A stretch of DNA of 62,894 bases, filler included, from Nemertoderma westbladi (taxonomy: Eukaryota > Animalia > Xenacoelomorpha): assembly GCA_032718475.1 (NCBI GenBank). It is 3 parts of 3 records of this genome, joined end to end, with 100 filler letters (N's around TTAATTAATTAA, not from the genome) between each part and the next. Parts side by side here need not be neighbours in the genome. Positions count along the whole stretch, not along the records: positions 1 to 17,894 come from JAUCBJ010000712.1; positions 17,995 to 41,658 come from JAUCBJ010007665.1; 1 more part is not named here. One strand, 5' to 3'. The notes beneath the pieces were generated by a model. It was not told where the DNA came from and made no database searches. It saw only the letters and a list, made by a program, of their open reading frames with translations. How positions within the stretch are numbered: position 1 is the first letter of the stretch; each line of letters begins with the position of its first letter. The translations under genes and the position numbers were made by a program. This document shows positions 15,820 to 26,264 of the stretch, in pieces.

Positions 15820-16160
15820 TGGGGGGCGAGCCACGCAGTCCCAGTCAGGGCGAGCCTTAGCGCACAATTATAATTAGTAAATAGGGCAAAATTTCATGTC
15901 TGTCTGTCTGTCAGTCTGTAATGAAAAATTTATTTAAAAATTTAATAAAAAAAAATTAAAAATTAAAAAAAAAATGAAAAATTCATTCGTAAATAACTTC
16001 GTAGATTTTAACCATTTTCAACCAAATTTTGTATAGGTATACTAGAGAAAAAGTTCCAATATTTTTGGAAGTTACGGGCAAATACCTCTCGAACTTTTGA
16101 CTCCAGATCAAATCGAACTTGCTTAAGTTCGCGTGTTGCGCGACGCCCCACGAACATGTA
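15820..16160 (+). mobile_element. Possible non-autonomous Helentron/DINE-1-like fragment
   Basis: A (TGTC)n microsatellite is followed by AATAACTTCGTAGATTTTAACCATTTTCAACCAAATTTTGTATAG, a layout reminiscent of HINE/DINE-1 elements. A motif at ~16130-16158 recurs at ~31729-31760. Confidence 0.35.
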
Positions 16161-17276
16161 CTGTATATACGTATTGGTATGCTATATATATACTAGGCCT
16201 ATTGCTTTTTCTCAGTTTTTCATATCCTATCTATACCCACCCTGGCCACCCACATTTTCATGTCTGCAGCACTACTGCTGAAAGTCAGTGCTGACGCTGA
16301 GGTGCACCAGCTCGTGGTTTCAGACTTTCCATTTCTGAATGTAGGCCTATTATTCTGTCTTTATCTGTTTCTAGGCCTTGATTTGTTTTATTTGCGTTTT
16401 ATTATGTTATTTGTTTATAGGTCTTGAGGCTACGTAGTCCATAGTCTGTATAGGCCTAGGCCCTATAAGCCTATCTGTCGAAATTTATATGTTAAGGATA
16501 GACAGATATAGGGTCTTCCCCAGCAATAAAAACGATTGGTATTATTATAGGTGTATAATGGTATATATTTATAAGTACAGTACAAGTACTTTTATTCACC
16601 CCCGCGTAGAGTAGTATACGATATTACTTATTGTTCAATAAGTTATTAAATGCTAGTGCAGTAGTAAATAATAATATTTGTATCGCCTTATAAAAAGCCA
16701 TGTAGTAACAAGGTCCCCATTAACTTCACTTTTCAATACTGCAATAGTGCGTACTAGCACACGGCTGCTAGACTCGAAGACTACGCAATATACCGTGATA
16801 AATACCTTGAAGGATGTTTAACCCAAGGATACCCCACACGTATAATCCACTCACTACGACGTTGGGAGCCGCATGTTAACCTAACTCCAGAACTCCGGTT
16901 GAGCCTTTCGATACCTACAATAGTTATTAGAACAATGGTTAGGAACAGGCTGACAGGTTAACAAAGGTTAACGATTCGCAATATAGTAATATCATCAGCT
17001 TCTTAGGTTTCCATATGCGTGGTACAGTAGGTATACTGGGACTGGCAGACTGGTATACTGGTCAGCTGGTATAATCTCTCTGTCTACTGCTCTATCTAGT
17101 ACTGTACGGTAGTACAGTAGTTTCGGTAGTTTAGGTTCGTATACCGTAACGTAACCATACGCATACCATTTGCCATACAGATATACCAGTATACTGAGAT
17201 TACTGGATAACTGATACCTGCAGACCTGGGCTGCTGGGTACTGTCACTGTGTACTGACTGCTGGACTGTTATAACA

Positions 17277-17609
17277 ATGTTGTGCCTCTGTTCCATAATT
17301 GGTGTCTGTGTTCTGTTAGTGTTACTGGCTGTTATATGGATGAACACTTCACCCGCCAAGCCGTTTAGTTTCCAAGGCAACCACGTTGTTGTCACCGGTG
17401 GGTCTAGCGGAATAGGCCTAAAAGTAGCTGCGTGTGCCGCCGCTAAGGGCGCTAACATAACAGTGCTAGCCCGGGATCCAAAGCGATTGGCCGAGGCAGT
17501 AGCCTTTATTAGCAAATCAGCAACCGACGCCAAACAATCCGTGAGAGCCATCTCGGTAGATGTTGCTTCAGGTTACCCAGCTGTCAGCTCTGCTATTGGT
17601 CAAGATTAA
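17277..17609 (+). pseudogene. KDSR: 3-ketodihydrosphingosine reductase (SDR family), N-terminal ~109 aa, truncated
   Basis: An N-terminal TM helix is followed by PAKPFSFQGNHVVVTGGSSGIG (Rossmann TGxxxGxG), ITVLARD and ISVDV, matching KDSR/FVT1. There is no GT donor after Q109 and the ORF runs into LTR-like sequence and stops. Confidence 0.8.
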
Positions 17610-17890
17610 TCACAGAGTTGCAGACCGGTCATAGTTTACGACCGTCACCGCCACCGACATCACCAATCAATATTTCTTACTGTATTTTCTGCTGTCATTC
17701 TGTATTGTGATATTCAATTACGTACATGATCCTGTGCTATTGTCATTCGGAACATTAACATTGAGAAACACAAACTCTATTATTTCCCCGACGGCCTTCG
17801 GCCAAAACGACTATAGTACAACAGCTTCACCTTCAGTGGAACGGTGACGCGTACAAATCGAACCCGGTCGGGATCTACGATCCCGTCACA
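17604..17890 (+). mobile_element. 3' part of an LTR related to the BEL LTR at 54190-54721
   Basis: It shares blocks with 54582-54721: ACAG..TTGCA.ACCGG.CATAGT, CGGCCTTCGGCCAAA, GTGACGCGTACAA, CCGGTCGGGATCT and a terminal CGATCCCGTCACA. Confidence 0.75.
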
Positions 17891-17894
17891 CTTG

Positions 17895-17994
17895 NNNNNN
17901 NNNNNNNNNNNNNNNNNNNNNNNNNNNNNNNNNNNNNNTTAATTAATTAANNNNNNNNNNNNNNNNNNNNNNNNNNNNNNNNNNNNNNNNNNNN
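17895..17994. other. Artificial contig linker / gap (N44-TTAATTAATTAA-N44)
   Basis: A 100-bp N spacer containing a 12-mer with stops in all six frames. An identical copy is at 41659. Confidence 0.98.
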
Positions 17995-19250
17995 CTAGAT
18001 GTGGGGACATGCCAAGCTAGGCTTGATGAGGAACAAGAGAGGAACCAATAAGAACCTGTTACAGAATCATCTCGCTGAATTTTGGTGGCGAAATTACAAC
18101 AGGGAGGCCCCATTCAGCAAACTGATAACACTAATAAACAATAGCGAATTATAGAAATCTGTTTAATTCAGTTCAAAAAGAAAAAACTAATCAATTTACA
18201 TTGTTATATTCATTAAATAACATATTCGATTAACCTTCAATAAATCATTATTTACAACACTTGGTTACCATAGCAACACAAGAAAAATGTTCCAGAATGT
18301 AGAACTTGAGTGGGGCAAACATAATACCAACATATGTAGCTAGTATATCATAAATTACTAGCTAGTTTTTTTCATCAAAAACTGGCCAAACTGTCACAGG
18401 CCATACTAATACCGACTAAATACTATGTTCTGGAAGTCCGTGATTAATTATGTCAACTTATCACCGTTCTGTTGATATCTTCGTAAAGTTGAAAACTTCC
18501 TCTTTAAGGCTTTACGATCGGGCGGACTTTAGGCCTACAGTATTGTTAAACATTATAAACTAGTCCTTTAAGCAACGGTAGTGTTCTGACTGAGTATAAT
18601 AAAAATGTACCGGTATATAATTTACATTTCTGAATAGTAAAAACTGTATTTTTTTGACATCCGCCTATTTTGTATAAAAAACTAGCGAGTGAATAATTAC
18701 TAGCTACACCACGACTCATAAATTATTCCAGACAAAATATATGATTGAGAATTAAATTATATCTTAAACCTTTTTACTAGCTAATAAATAATTACAGGTA
18801 CTAGCTAACACAAAATCAAAGGTACTAGCTACCATCTTACTGTCAGAAGGTCAAATATTTGTTCTAGAACAAAGAACATCATAATAAAAACCATTAAAAA
18901 AAAAAGTTGATCAAAGTTTTTTTTCAATTATAATTTTATTTACTAGCTAATAAATAGTACCGGTACTAGCTAACACAAAATCAAAGGTACTAGCTACCAT
19001 CTTACTGTCAGAAGGTCAAATATATGTTCTAGAACAAAGAACCTCATAATAAAAACCATTTTTACAAAAAAAAGTTGATCAAAGTTTTTTTTCAATTATA
19101 ATTTTTTTCACTAGCTAATAAAAAGTACTAGCTAACACAAAGTACTAGCTACCATCTTACTGGCAGAAGGTTAAATATTTGTTCTAGAACAAAAAACCTC
19201 ATGATAAAAGCCATTTTCATATGAAAAAAAATGGCCAAAAAGAGGGTACC
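17995..19250 (+). mobile_element. Merlin (IS1016/ISXO2-like) DNA transposon, 3' end with transposase C-terminus
   Basis: 17999..18154 translates to MWGHAKLGLMRNKRGTNKNLLQNHLAEFWWRNYNREAPFSKLITLINNSEL*, matching the W...K...G...L.EF.WR...F..L tail of Merlin/ISXO2 transposases. Subterminal tandem repeats follow, with a probable TIR ending GAGGGTACC at 19250. Confidence 0.7.
18770..19220. repeat. ~168-bp tandem repeat, ~2.7 copies (subterminal in the Merlin element)
   Basis: ACTAGCTAATAAA...GTACTAGCTACCATCTTACTG.CAGAAGG...GTTCTAGAACAAA recurs at ~18776, ~18942 and ~19110. Confidence 0.85.
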
Positions 19251-19267
19251 AAAAGGTGGGTAATGGT

Positions 19268-20337
19268 CAAGGTGTACTAAATAACAGGTCATGCAGCGAG
19301 CGCATTGCTGAAATTAGCGTGGGCCGATCTTTTCTCTATTTATGTCTCTATTTTCATAATACAGTATTTCCTTAGAAACTTCTTTTATGCTACCCTGTAC
19401 TTTTGTTAGGTGGATATGATGAATAGGGTTCATAGAAATGTAATAAAATGTCTTTCTGGAATTTTTATCTTGTAGTTGCCAAGGTAACCGGGTGCAAATT
19501 TCAAACTTTGCGCGCCTGTATTTCAAGGCGACAATATATTCTTTCCTTGAGATTTGGTAGGTGATTAAAGGAAATAAAAGACTATCAAAATATTTTACAT
19601 TTGAATTTGTTTACATTCCCGTTGCCATGGAAATAAGTATAATGAAAAATTGTCTACCAATTCTATAAAACACAATTTTTATTCGGTTTGTCAGTCTAAA
19701 TAAAAAGCTAAAATTACCAACATTTTGTTTTATAATTCGTCAATTCTGAATAATATTTCTAAAAGTCAATATGTGCCAATAAACTGAACTGTCCAATCAG
19801 AGAGCAAGACCTGTGGTAACATGATTTTGACATTCCAGAATATTAAATTCTGGTTAGCAATTATTAGAAATAAAGGACAGCCACCAGTCGTGTTTGTTGA
19901 AAATTATATAAGTAGTAAATAGTAGCCCAATTTCTATCTGGCGGTCAGAATGGGAAATTATCGTAATTCCCGTCACCATGGAAACGGCATAGAAAAAAAA
20001 TTGAAATCTAAAATATTTTGATAGACTTTTATTCCCTTTACTTATATACCAAATCTCAAGAACAGAATCCCTTGTCGTCTTGAATTACAGGCGCTCGAAA
20101 TTTAAACTTTGTACCCGGTTACCTTATGGCAACTACAAGATGAAAATTCCAGAAAGACATATTACAGTATTACGTTGCTATGAATTCTAGTCATTATATC
20201 TAACCAAAGTAGCCAAAGTAGCACATACGAAGTTTCTAAGGAAATATTATGAAAAAAGTGCCATAAATAGGGAAAGATCGGCCCACGCAAATTTCAGCAA
20301 TCCGCTCGCTGCATGACCTGTTATTTAGTGCACTTTG
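19268..20337. mobile_element. Non-autonomous foldback DNA transposon, P-element-like, ~370-bp inverted arms, 8-bp TSD
   Basis: Ends are CAAGGTGTACTAAATAACAGGTCATGCAGCGAGCG and the reverse complement of CGCTCGCTGCATGACCTGTTATTTAGTGCACTTTG. Flanks are GTAATGGT / GTAATGAT (7/8 match). CA-NRG termini with an 8-bp TSD fit the P superfamily (hAT not excluded). Confidence 0.75.
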
Positions 20338-21072
20338 GTAATGATACACTTCTAGAACACGTCTTGAGTATTATCCATTGCCCAGTAATAATAAACTTCT
20401 AGAACACGACTTGAGTTTTCTCCGTGGCCCTAGAGTGGAATGGATGATAGCCATAGATTATTTACCGTACAGTTGTTACAGTAACATCAATTAATTGCAT
20501 AAAATGAATATGAATGTCATGTATATTTCTATACATTGTAATACAGTATTACTGAAAAATTAAGCATTCAGAGCGCCGATAAGTTTACATAATGTAACAA
20601 AATTATGTTATGTGTAAAAAGGGCACTCACTAATTAATAATATAAATTAATTCCAGTTACTACAATACAATAACTGTACGCTAAATAATCCTTCACTTAC
20701 CATATAATGCAGAATCATGGCCTACTATATTTTCATACGGCCTAACAGGTGTCACTTAGCTGGCCTCTTAAAAAGAGGCCAGTTTTTTTAACAATATTTT
20801 GAGATTTTGATATGGGAAGAGTATTATAAATTTTCATTTGCAGCAATTTGGTCAACGGATGTAATTGAAGTCTCCTCATTAAGCAAGATACTAAATTGTA
20901 TGGTAGCTAGTGTTTTAGGTAGGTTTAGCTAGTAATTTCAACACTGGTTCCGACATCCTACTTCCCTCTATAAATATTTTGTAGTAGCTAGTTCTTATTA
21001 CTATTAGTATAGAAAATGTTCCAGAACATGTTAGCTATTCATTTAAAAAAAAATATGTTCTAGAACAAATAT

Positions 21073-21307
21073 TTTTTGTTCGAGAACATTTTTTTGAAAA
21101 AAATCTGGATTCTATTTAAAACGCATGGAATCGTTCTAAAACGTGTTGAAAATATAAAAAAATTTTCGAAATTTTTTTTTCCAAAAGATTTTTCAACAAT
21201 ATTTTTTTTCACAATTTTTTTTATTGATTTTCAACACGTTTTAGAACGATTCCATGCGTTTTAAACATAATCCAGATTTTTTTCAAAAAAATGTTCTCGA
21301 ACAAAAA
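21073..21307. repeat. Near-perfect hairpin (~85-bp arms), MITE-like
   Basis: TTTTTGTTCGAGAACATTTTTTTGAAAAAAATCTGGATT...TGTTGAAAAT is mirrored by ATTTTCAACACG...AATCCAGATTTTTTTCAAAAAAATGTTCTCGAACAAAAA. Confidence 0.85.
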
Positions 21308-21308
21308 C

Positions 21309-22162
21309 TGAGCTTTTTTTGAGCTTTTTTGGATCTTTATTCTAAATTTTAGGTTTTAAAATTACAAAATTCCCAGATTCATCTTGAAGCAATGAATTTC
21401 TAGAAATTGTTTTAACTAAAAAAAGCTTGAAATAAAGCTCAAAAAAAGCAGCGCGGAAACGGCCCTTTAACTATGGAAGCAATATAGTAAAATACTACAG
21501 TTCAATTTATTTTGTATCACTATTATCTATCTAGCTACTATATATATCTTTTATTAAAAGAATTGAGCAACAAAAAAGTACCAATTTAAGAATAAAATTA
21601 CGTATTAAATGGGATAGAAACCTAGAATATTTATTTTTCAATATTCTCTCGACCCGTTCTTAACCTCGCTGACGATATGGCCTCGGGAATAGTGAAAAAA
21701 AGTTATACCTTTTTCCCATGTAATTAATAATTTTAAGAACGTTTGAAGGCTAAAGGCCGCTGCTTTTTTTGAGCTTTATTTCAAGCTTTTTTTAGTTAAA
21801 ACAATTCCTAGAAATTCATTGCTTCAAGATGAATCTGAGGATTTTGGAATGTTAAAACGTAGAATATAGAATAAAGATTCAAAAAAGCATATTATAAAGC
21901 TTGAAAAGAAAAGCTCAAAAAAGCTTGAAAAACAGCTCAAAAAAGGCTGGGTAGAATATCATAATTATCTAATTCTAGAACATTAATATTATATCTCCAT
22001 TTTTTAACTGAACGTTTGAAAAGACATATAACAACCTTGAAAAAAACAGCTCAAAAGAACTTGAAAAAAATTTCAATAAGAAGCCTGAATAAAAGCTAGA
22101 AATACAGCTCAAAAAAAGCTCAGAATACCGCACATAAAAAACAGCGCGGAAACGGGCCTTAA
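21309..22162. mobile_element. Two opposed partial copies of a Harbinger-like MITE (21309-21468 and 21751-22162)
   Basis: 21320-21452 is the reverse complement of 21758-21888. Ends read CAGCGCGGAAACGG(G)CC followed by TTA/TTAA, resembling PIF/Harbinger GGCCCGTTTCC-type TIRs. Confidence 0.55.
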
Positions 22163-22226
22163 GTGTAATATACGATATGATCCACACATTTCATATTTAC
22201 AAGTATAACATAATCTTTTTTTACAG

Positions 22227-23412
22227 TGCAATTGGGCATCAGGATACACTTGGTAAAGACACCGAAACGGAAGATGATGTAGCCACAAATGAAATAACAA
22301 GCCGAGAAAATGAAACAAATGCTTCTACTGAAGTAATAGAAGCCAAAGAAGATATAATAGATGTCACCACTACCTCAGGCACTTCCGCTGAAGTTATTAA
22401 AACTAAAGTTCCTGGAATAGCTAAATCTGTTAAACCACCATCCGAAAAAATAGAGCCAAGTTCCCATCTTGCTGTTACTAAAGTTCAGGTGAAACTCGCC
22501 GACAAACCTCCTAGTCCAGTGGCTTCCAAAACATCGACAACACGACCTTTAAGCAGCAAAACGGCGATGCGACTTAGCAAACCGAAACCAATACCACCGG
22601 AGGCCAATAAAGTAGAAGCGGATCCCTGGTACACGAAGCGAAGACCTCCGAAGCAGATGGAATTCTACTCAACGATAGCTACTTCGCAACAAATCGATAA
22701 ACGCTTGCTTTACGCACTTCAACAGAAAGATGCCTTATTGATACAAGAACTTCTACGGAATAGGGGAACCGACTTCCAAGGAGACTGGCAGAGCCGGATG
22801 ATCCTTCGGAACGAGTTGATGAAACAATCAGAGAACGAGAGAAGAAGACTCGTTAAGCAACACCAACAGCGACAGAGGCAGATAAACAGGGAACTGAAAG
22901 CTAGTTTGGCACCGAGAAGGTTAAATTCTCGCGAGAATTTTGCTAAAATATTCTACGAAGCCGCCAGCAAACACGTTAAAGAAGTAAATGAAACTGATGA
23001 GAACGAGGAAGGAAACGAACTTCGGAACTGGGCGGAGTTTCGTTTACCTTCTGCGAAATCGGATACCCGCGCGGAGGAAGTGGGTCGTGGTTCGTCGCAG
23101 ATCGAGGCGGAGTTCGAGATGATTCCGGGAGGGTTGCGGTTACTGAAACGGCCGAGAACCTCCCGATCTATTCCGAGTAAGTGCACCCGGTACCGACTGG
23201 TCCCCGATCAACGCACGGTTCCGCGACGCCATCTCCCGGTGCGATGGGAGCGTAAACTCCTATCCCAACGGTTCCCCGACGATTGGCTACATCTGGAGGC
23301 CTGGATGATCAGGGAGGGACTCATGAGTCGCGTCTCTAACTTCGCGGCAGACGAGAGTCGACCTCTCAGCCGTATGTTAGACCCAACTCTTAGTAACTAC
23401 GATATGTGGTAA
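22227..23412 (+). CDS. Probable terminal coding exon of an unknown protein (S/T/P/K-rich region plus coiled coil)
   Basis: The frame is open for ~1.2 kb with more GC-rich codons than the flanks. An acceptor ctttttttacag| ends at 22226 and AATAAA follows at ~23456 and ~23518. No family was recognised. Confidence 0.6.
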
Positions 23413-23812
23413 AGAACCCGAGAACGCACAGAATATAAAGAGGTTCGAGGTAGACAATAAAGAGCTATAATTATGATACATTCTGAATACATTTTACGAT
23501 TTATTTTCTTTGAATAGAATAAAAATATAAATAATTATATTTGTCATTTGCCTTAGGTGTTGGGCAATTCAATTTCACTCACACGATAGAAATTATCAAT
23601 TTATCTGAGTGCCAGTATGAATAAACTACAACTAACATTAGTCGATATTCCATATGGTGTAATATCGTTTTATACTTAAATAAATAAGACATTGTGAGAC
23701 AACCACTTAATTATTTTTTTAATATTCGGAATTATGACTTTAGATTTCATTACAAAAGTACATAAACAAGAATAAAAGATTGTGTGCCATTCATTAGGCT
23801 CATAAAGAGTGG

Positions 23813-24811
23813 CTACAGCCGACAGGACACATGTAGTGGTTTCTCAGTCTTATAATCCCGCCAAGTGGGTACAAGGAACTGCTCGTCCAGATGGCGACCG
23901 CACCGGGAACACCGGTCCATAAAGAGGTTCGTGTAGTTGTGGAGCCAAACTATGAGTCGATGTAAGGAGTTCTCGTACCGGTTCGGAAGGTAGAAGAATA
24001 GCAGAGCGGCGGCGGCGTGGTCCGTTAGCTGTCGGAAGACGGCGTGGGAGGAGGGTGTGAACCCGTCGACGCGTCCGTCCTCAGTAAGGAAACTCTCGTG
24101 GAAGCCTTTGATGTGGACGCGCTCAACAAGCACGCTGCGAGTGAAGATGAGGGCCTTGAAGACCTTCCCAACGGTAATGCAGAAAGTGTTGAAGACCCCG
24201 GCGCCAGGGGGTTTGAGTATCTGTGCTTGGAGTCCCTCATAACCGAGTGCTAGTCCCAACACCATTTGTTCAATCATTGAGGGCAGGACGTGTTTGAGGG
24301 CGGGTTGGGGAAGTTGCACGGATGTTCCCGCAGGTAGATGGCCGACCCCTCGACGCTTGCGACTGGCGGCGTTTCCGTACCAACGAAGGTGCTGTTGGTT
24401 GAGAAGATGCGTTACAGTGGCTGAGTGGTCGTTGAGTTTGTTTACCCACTTGTAGGATTGTATGAGTTGGTTGTAGAGCGGGGTTTTATCCTGGACCGGG
24501 TCCAGACTCAGTAAGCCGGTGTTGCCCAGAGGGAGGGGCTCGTATGGGCGCTGTTGGGCGTGTAGGCCAACAACCATAGCTAACTTCTCAAGCTCTGCCA
24601 TGGAGGCGTTGATTGTTAGTAAATGTGAGTGGAATTCCTCACAGAATAATTTGACGGGGTGGTCGGCCGGTTGGTCCGACGATGACGCTTGTATTCCGTT
24701 TTGTAGGTGTTCGAATAAATTAGTGACGCTTTGACGCAGTTGGTAGTTAGCTCGTAAGGCCTTAGTGATACCGTCCAATGACGAATGTAATGGACCGCTG
24801 GAATCACCCAT
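23813..24811 (-). CDS. MED27: Mediator complex subunit 27, single-exon CDS (332 aa)
   Basis: Contains GLLSLDPVQDKTPLYNQLIQSYKW and the C-terminal CxxC...PTWRD...HxxC zinc motif diagnostic of metazoan MED27. The first ATG is at 24811 (the ORF track starts at an upstream GTG). Confidence 0.95.
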   Translation of the reverse strand: MGDSSGPLHSSLDGITKALRANYQLRQSVTNLFEHLQNGIQASSSDQPADHPVKLFCEEFHSHLLTINASMAELEKLAMVVGLHAQQRPYEPLPLGNTGLLSLDPVQDKTPLYNQLIQSYKWVNKLNDHSATVTHLLNQQHLRWYGNAASRKRRGVGHLPAGTSVQLPQPALKHVLPSMIEQMVLGLALGYEGLQAQILKPPGAGVFNTFCITVGKVFKALIFTRSVLVERVHIKGFHESFLTEDGRVDGFTPSSHAVFRQLTDHAAAALLFFYLPNRYENSLHRLIVWLHNYTNLFMDRCSRCGRHLDEQFLVPTWRDYKTEKPLHVSCRL

Positions 24812-26264
24812 TGTAAAATTATTCACGATTAGTATTAATGGACGTTTGTATTGTTACTTGCAACTTGAACTATATAGCTATAATGGCATGACAGAATGAG
24901 AAGTCTGTGTTTAGGAGACATCAGCCAGTCGGTTTATATCATTAGGCCTATACAGCTATATGCTGATATGTGAATGTTAAATCAGCAACAACTTATGACA
25001 ACAACTAGATAGGGATGTTGTCCAGCTACCTAAAACTTAAATGTAGCAGTCTAAAAACACTGCCTCACGGTGTTTAATTATATTATATGCACGAATAACT
25101 CCCAAGGTGTGTGCTTTTAGAGATTACGTAACGCTGGAATACATGGTGTAATGCAGCATTGTATCTGGTAATCCTTGGCATCTTATTGGGTAAAGTAAGC
25201 TGGAAGGGAAGGGAAGTGGGGAGGGGGTGTAGATAATTTATTGAATTTCGTAAAAAAAATGGATAAACATAATGTAACCCGTGTTCTTATCAACGAAATT
25301 TTATGATTTAACGTTCATTTGAAAGCCACACATTTCAGCATTATAAATATGTAAATACAACTTTATAAATCGTAAGGGAATTTGCTCTTTCAAGGGATCG
25401 TTTAATATGACACGTAACCATATTGCGTTGCTAATTACGAGACGCCGCACGGCACATTTACGAAGAGTTCATGTGGATAGAAAAGGTCAATACTCTATAT
25501 CGTTTCGATTTTGAAGTTTAATGAAGCATTTAACAACGATGGAACTGAGTTGTTAGCTGTTGTGCTACTCTATATGCTAGTGATGCAGTAACATCACAAT
25601 TATCATCCATGTCCATAACTTAATTAATTATAATTAATATAAATTTTTCATATATAGGCCTAATGAACTAATTTAAACTATTATTTTAACTCATTATGAT
25701 ATATATATTCCCAGTTTGCGCGATGTTGATCTTGGTTTACTGAGAGATCAGAACTGCAGGGAGAACATAAGCTGTTACCCCCCTCCCCCCCCCCCCCCAT
25801 TTAATTAAATTGATTGAAACTTTGTCTAGAACTCTATTGTTAATATAATCATAATGCCCATTAATTATTTATAAAAACATATAAATCACACCAAATAGCA
25901 CCAAATAAACAATGGTTTATGTCTCTTCGCTCGAAAAATTATAGATCTCTGAGTCAGAGGGAAAAACCTATTTGCTTTTATGTAATAAATATATTTAAAT
26001 AACGCAACAAATTATTTGCACACCTAATTAGATACCTTTTTGCACCAAATAAACTCACTTTACCACCAAATGTTAGAAGGTCTGTCTATGGCCCTGGTTA
26101 GGGTCGCCCTGTCGAAACCCTAGACAAAAAGTGTCTTCAACCCTAAACCTAACTGGAAACCTGGTTTTCAACCCTACCTGGGGCCAATATGGCCCGAAGG
26201 GCCAATTTGTTAATTATTAATATATAAGTAATTCGAAATATGAAACACAATTAATTGGTATAAA

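Noticed and set aside
17211-17230. Minus-strand TCT GCA G|GTATC as a donor for the missing ECHDC3 exon (would give SA-G-HDLKEL)
   Set aside because: The upstream peptide (QSVHSDSTQQPR) has no crotonase similarity and is antisense to the KDSR 5' region, so it is probably coincidental.
17939-17950. TTAATTAATTAA palindrome inside N runs (also at 41703-41714)
   Set aside because: It is a synthetic six-frame-stop linker, not biological sequence.
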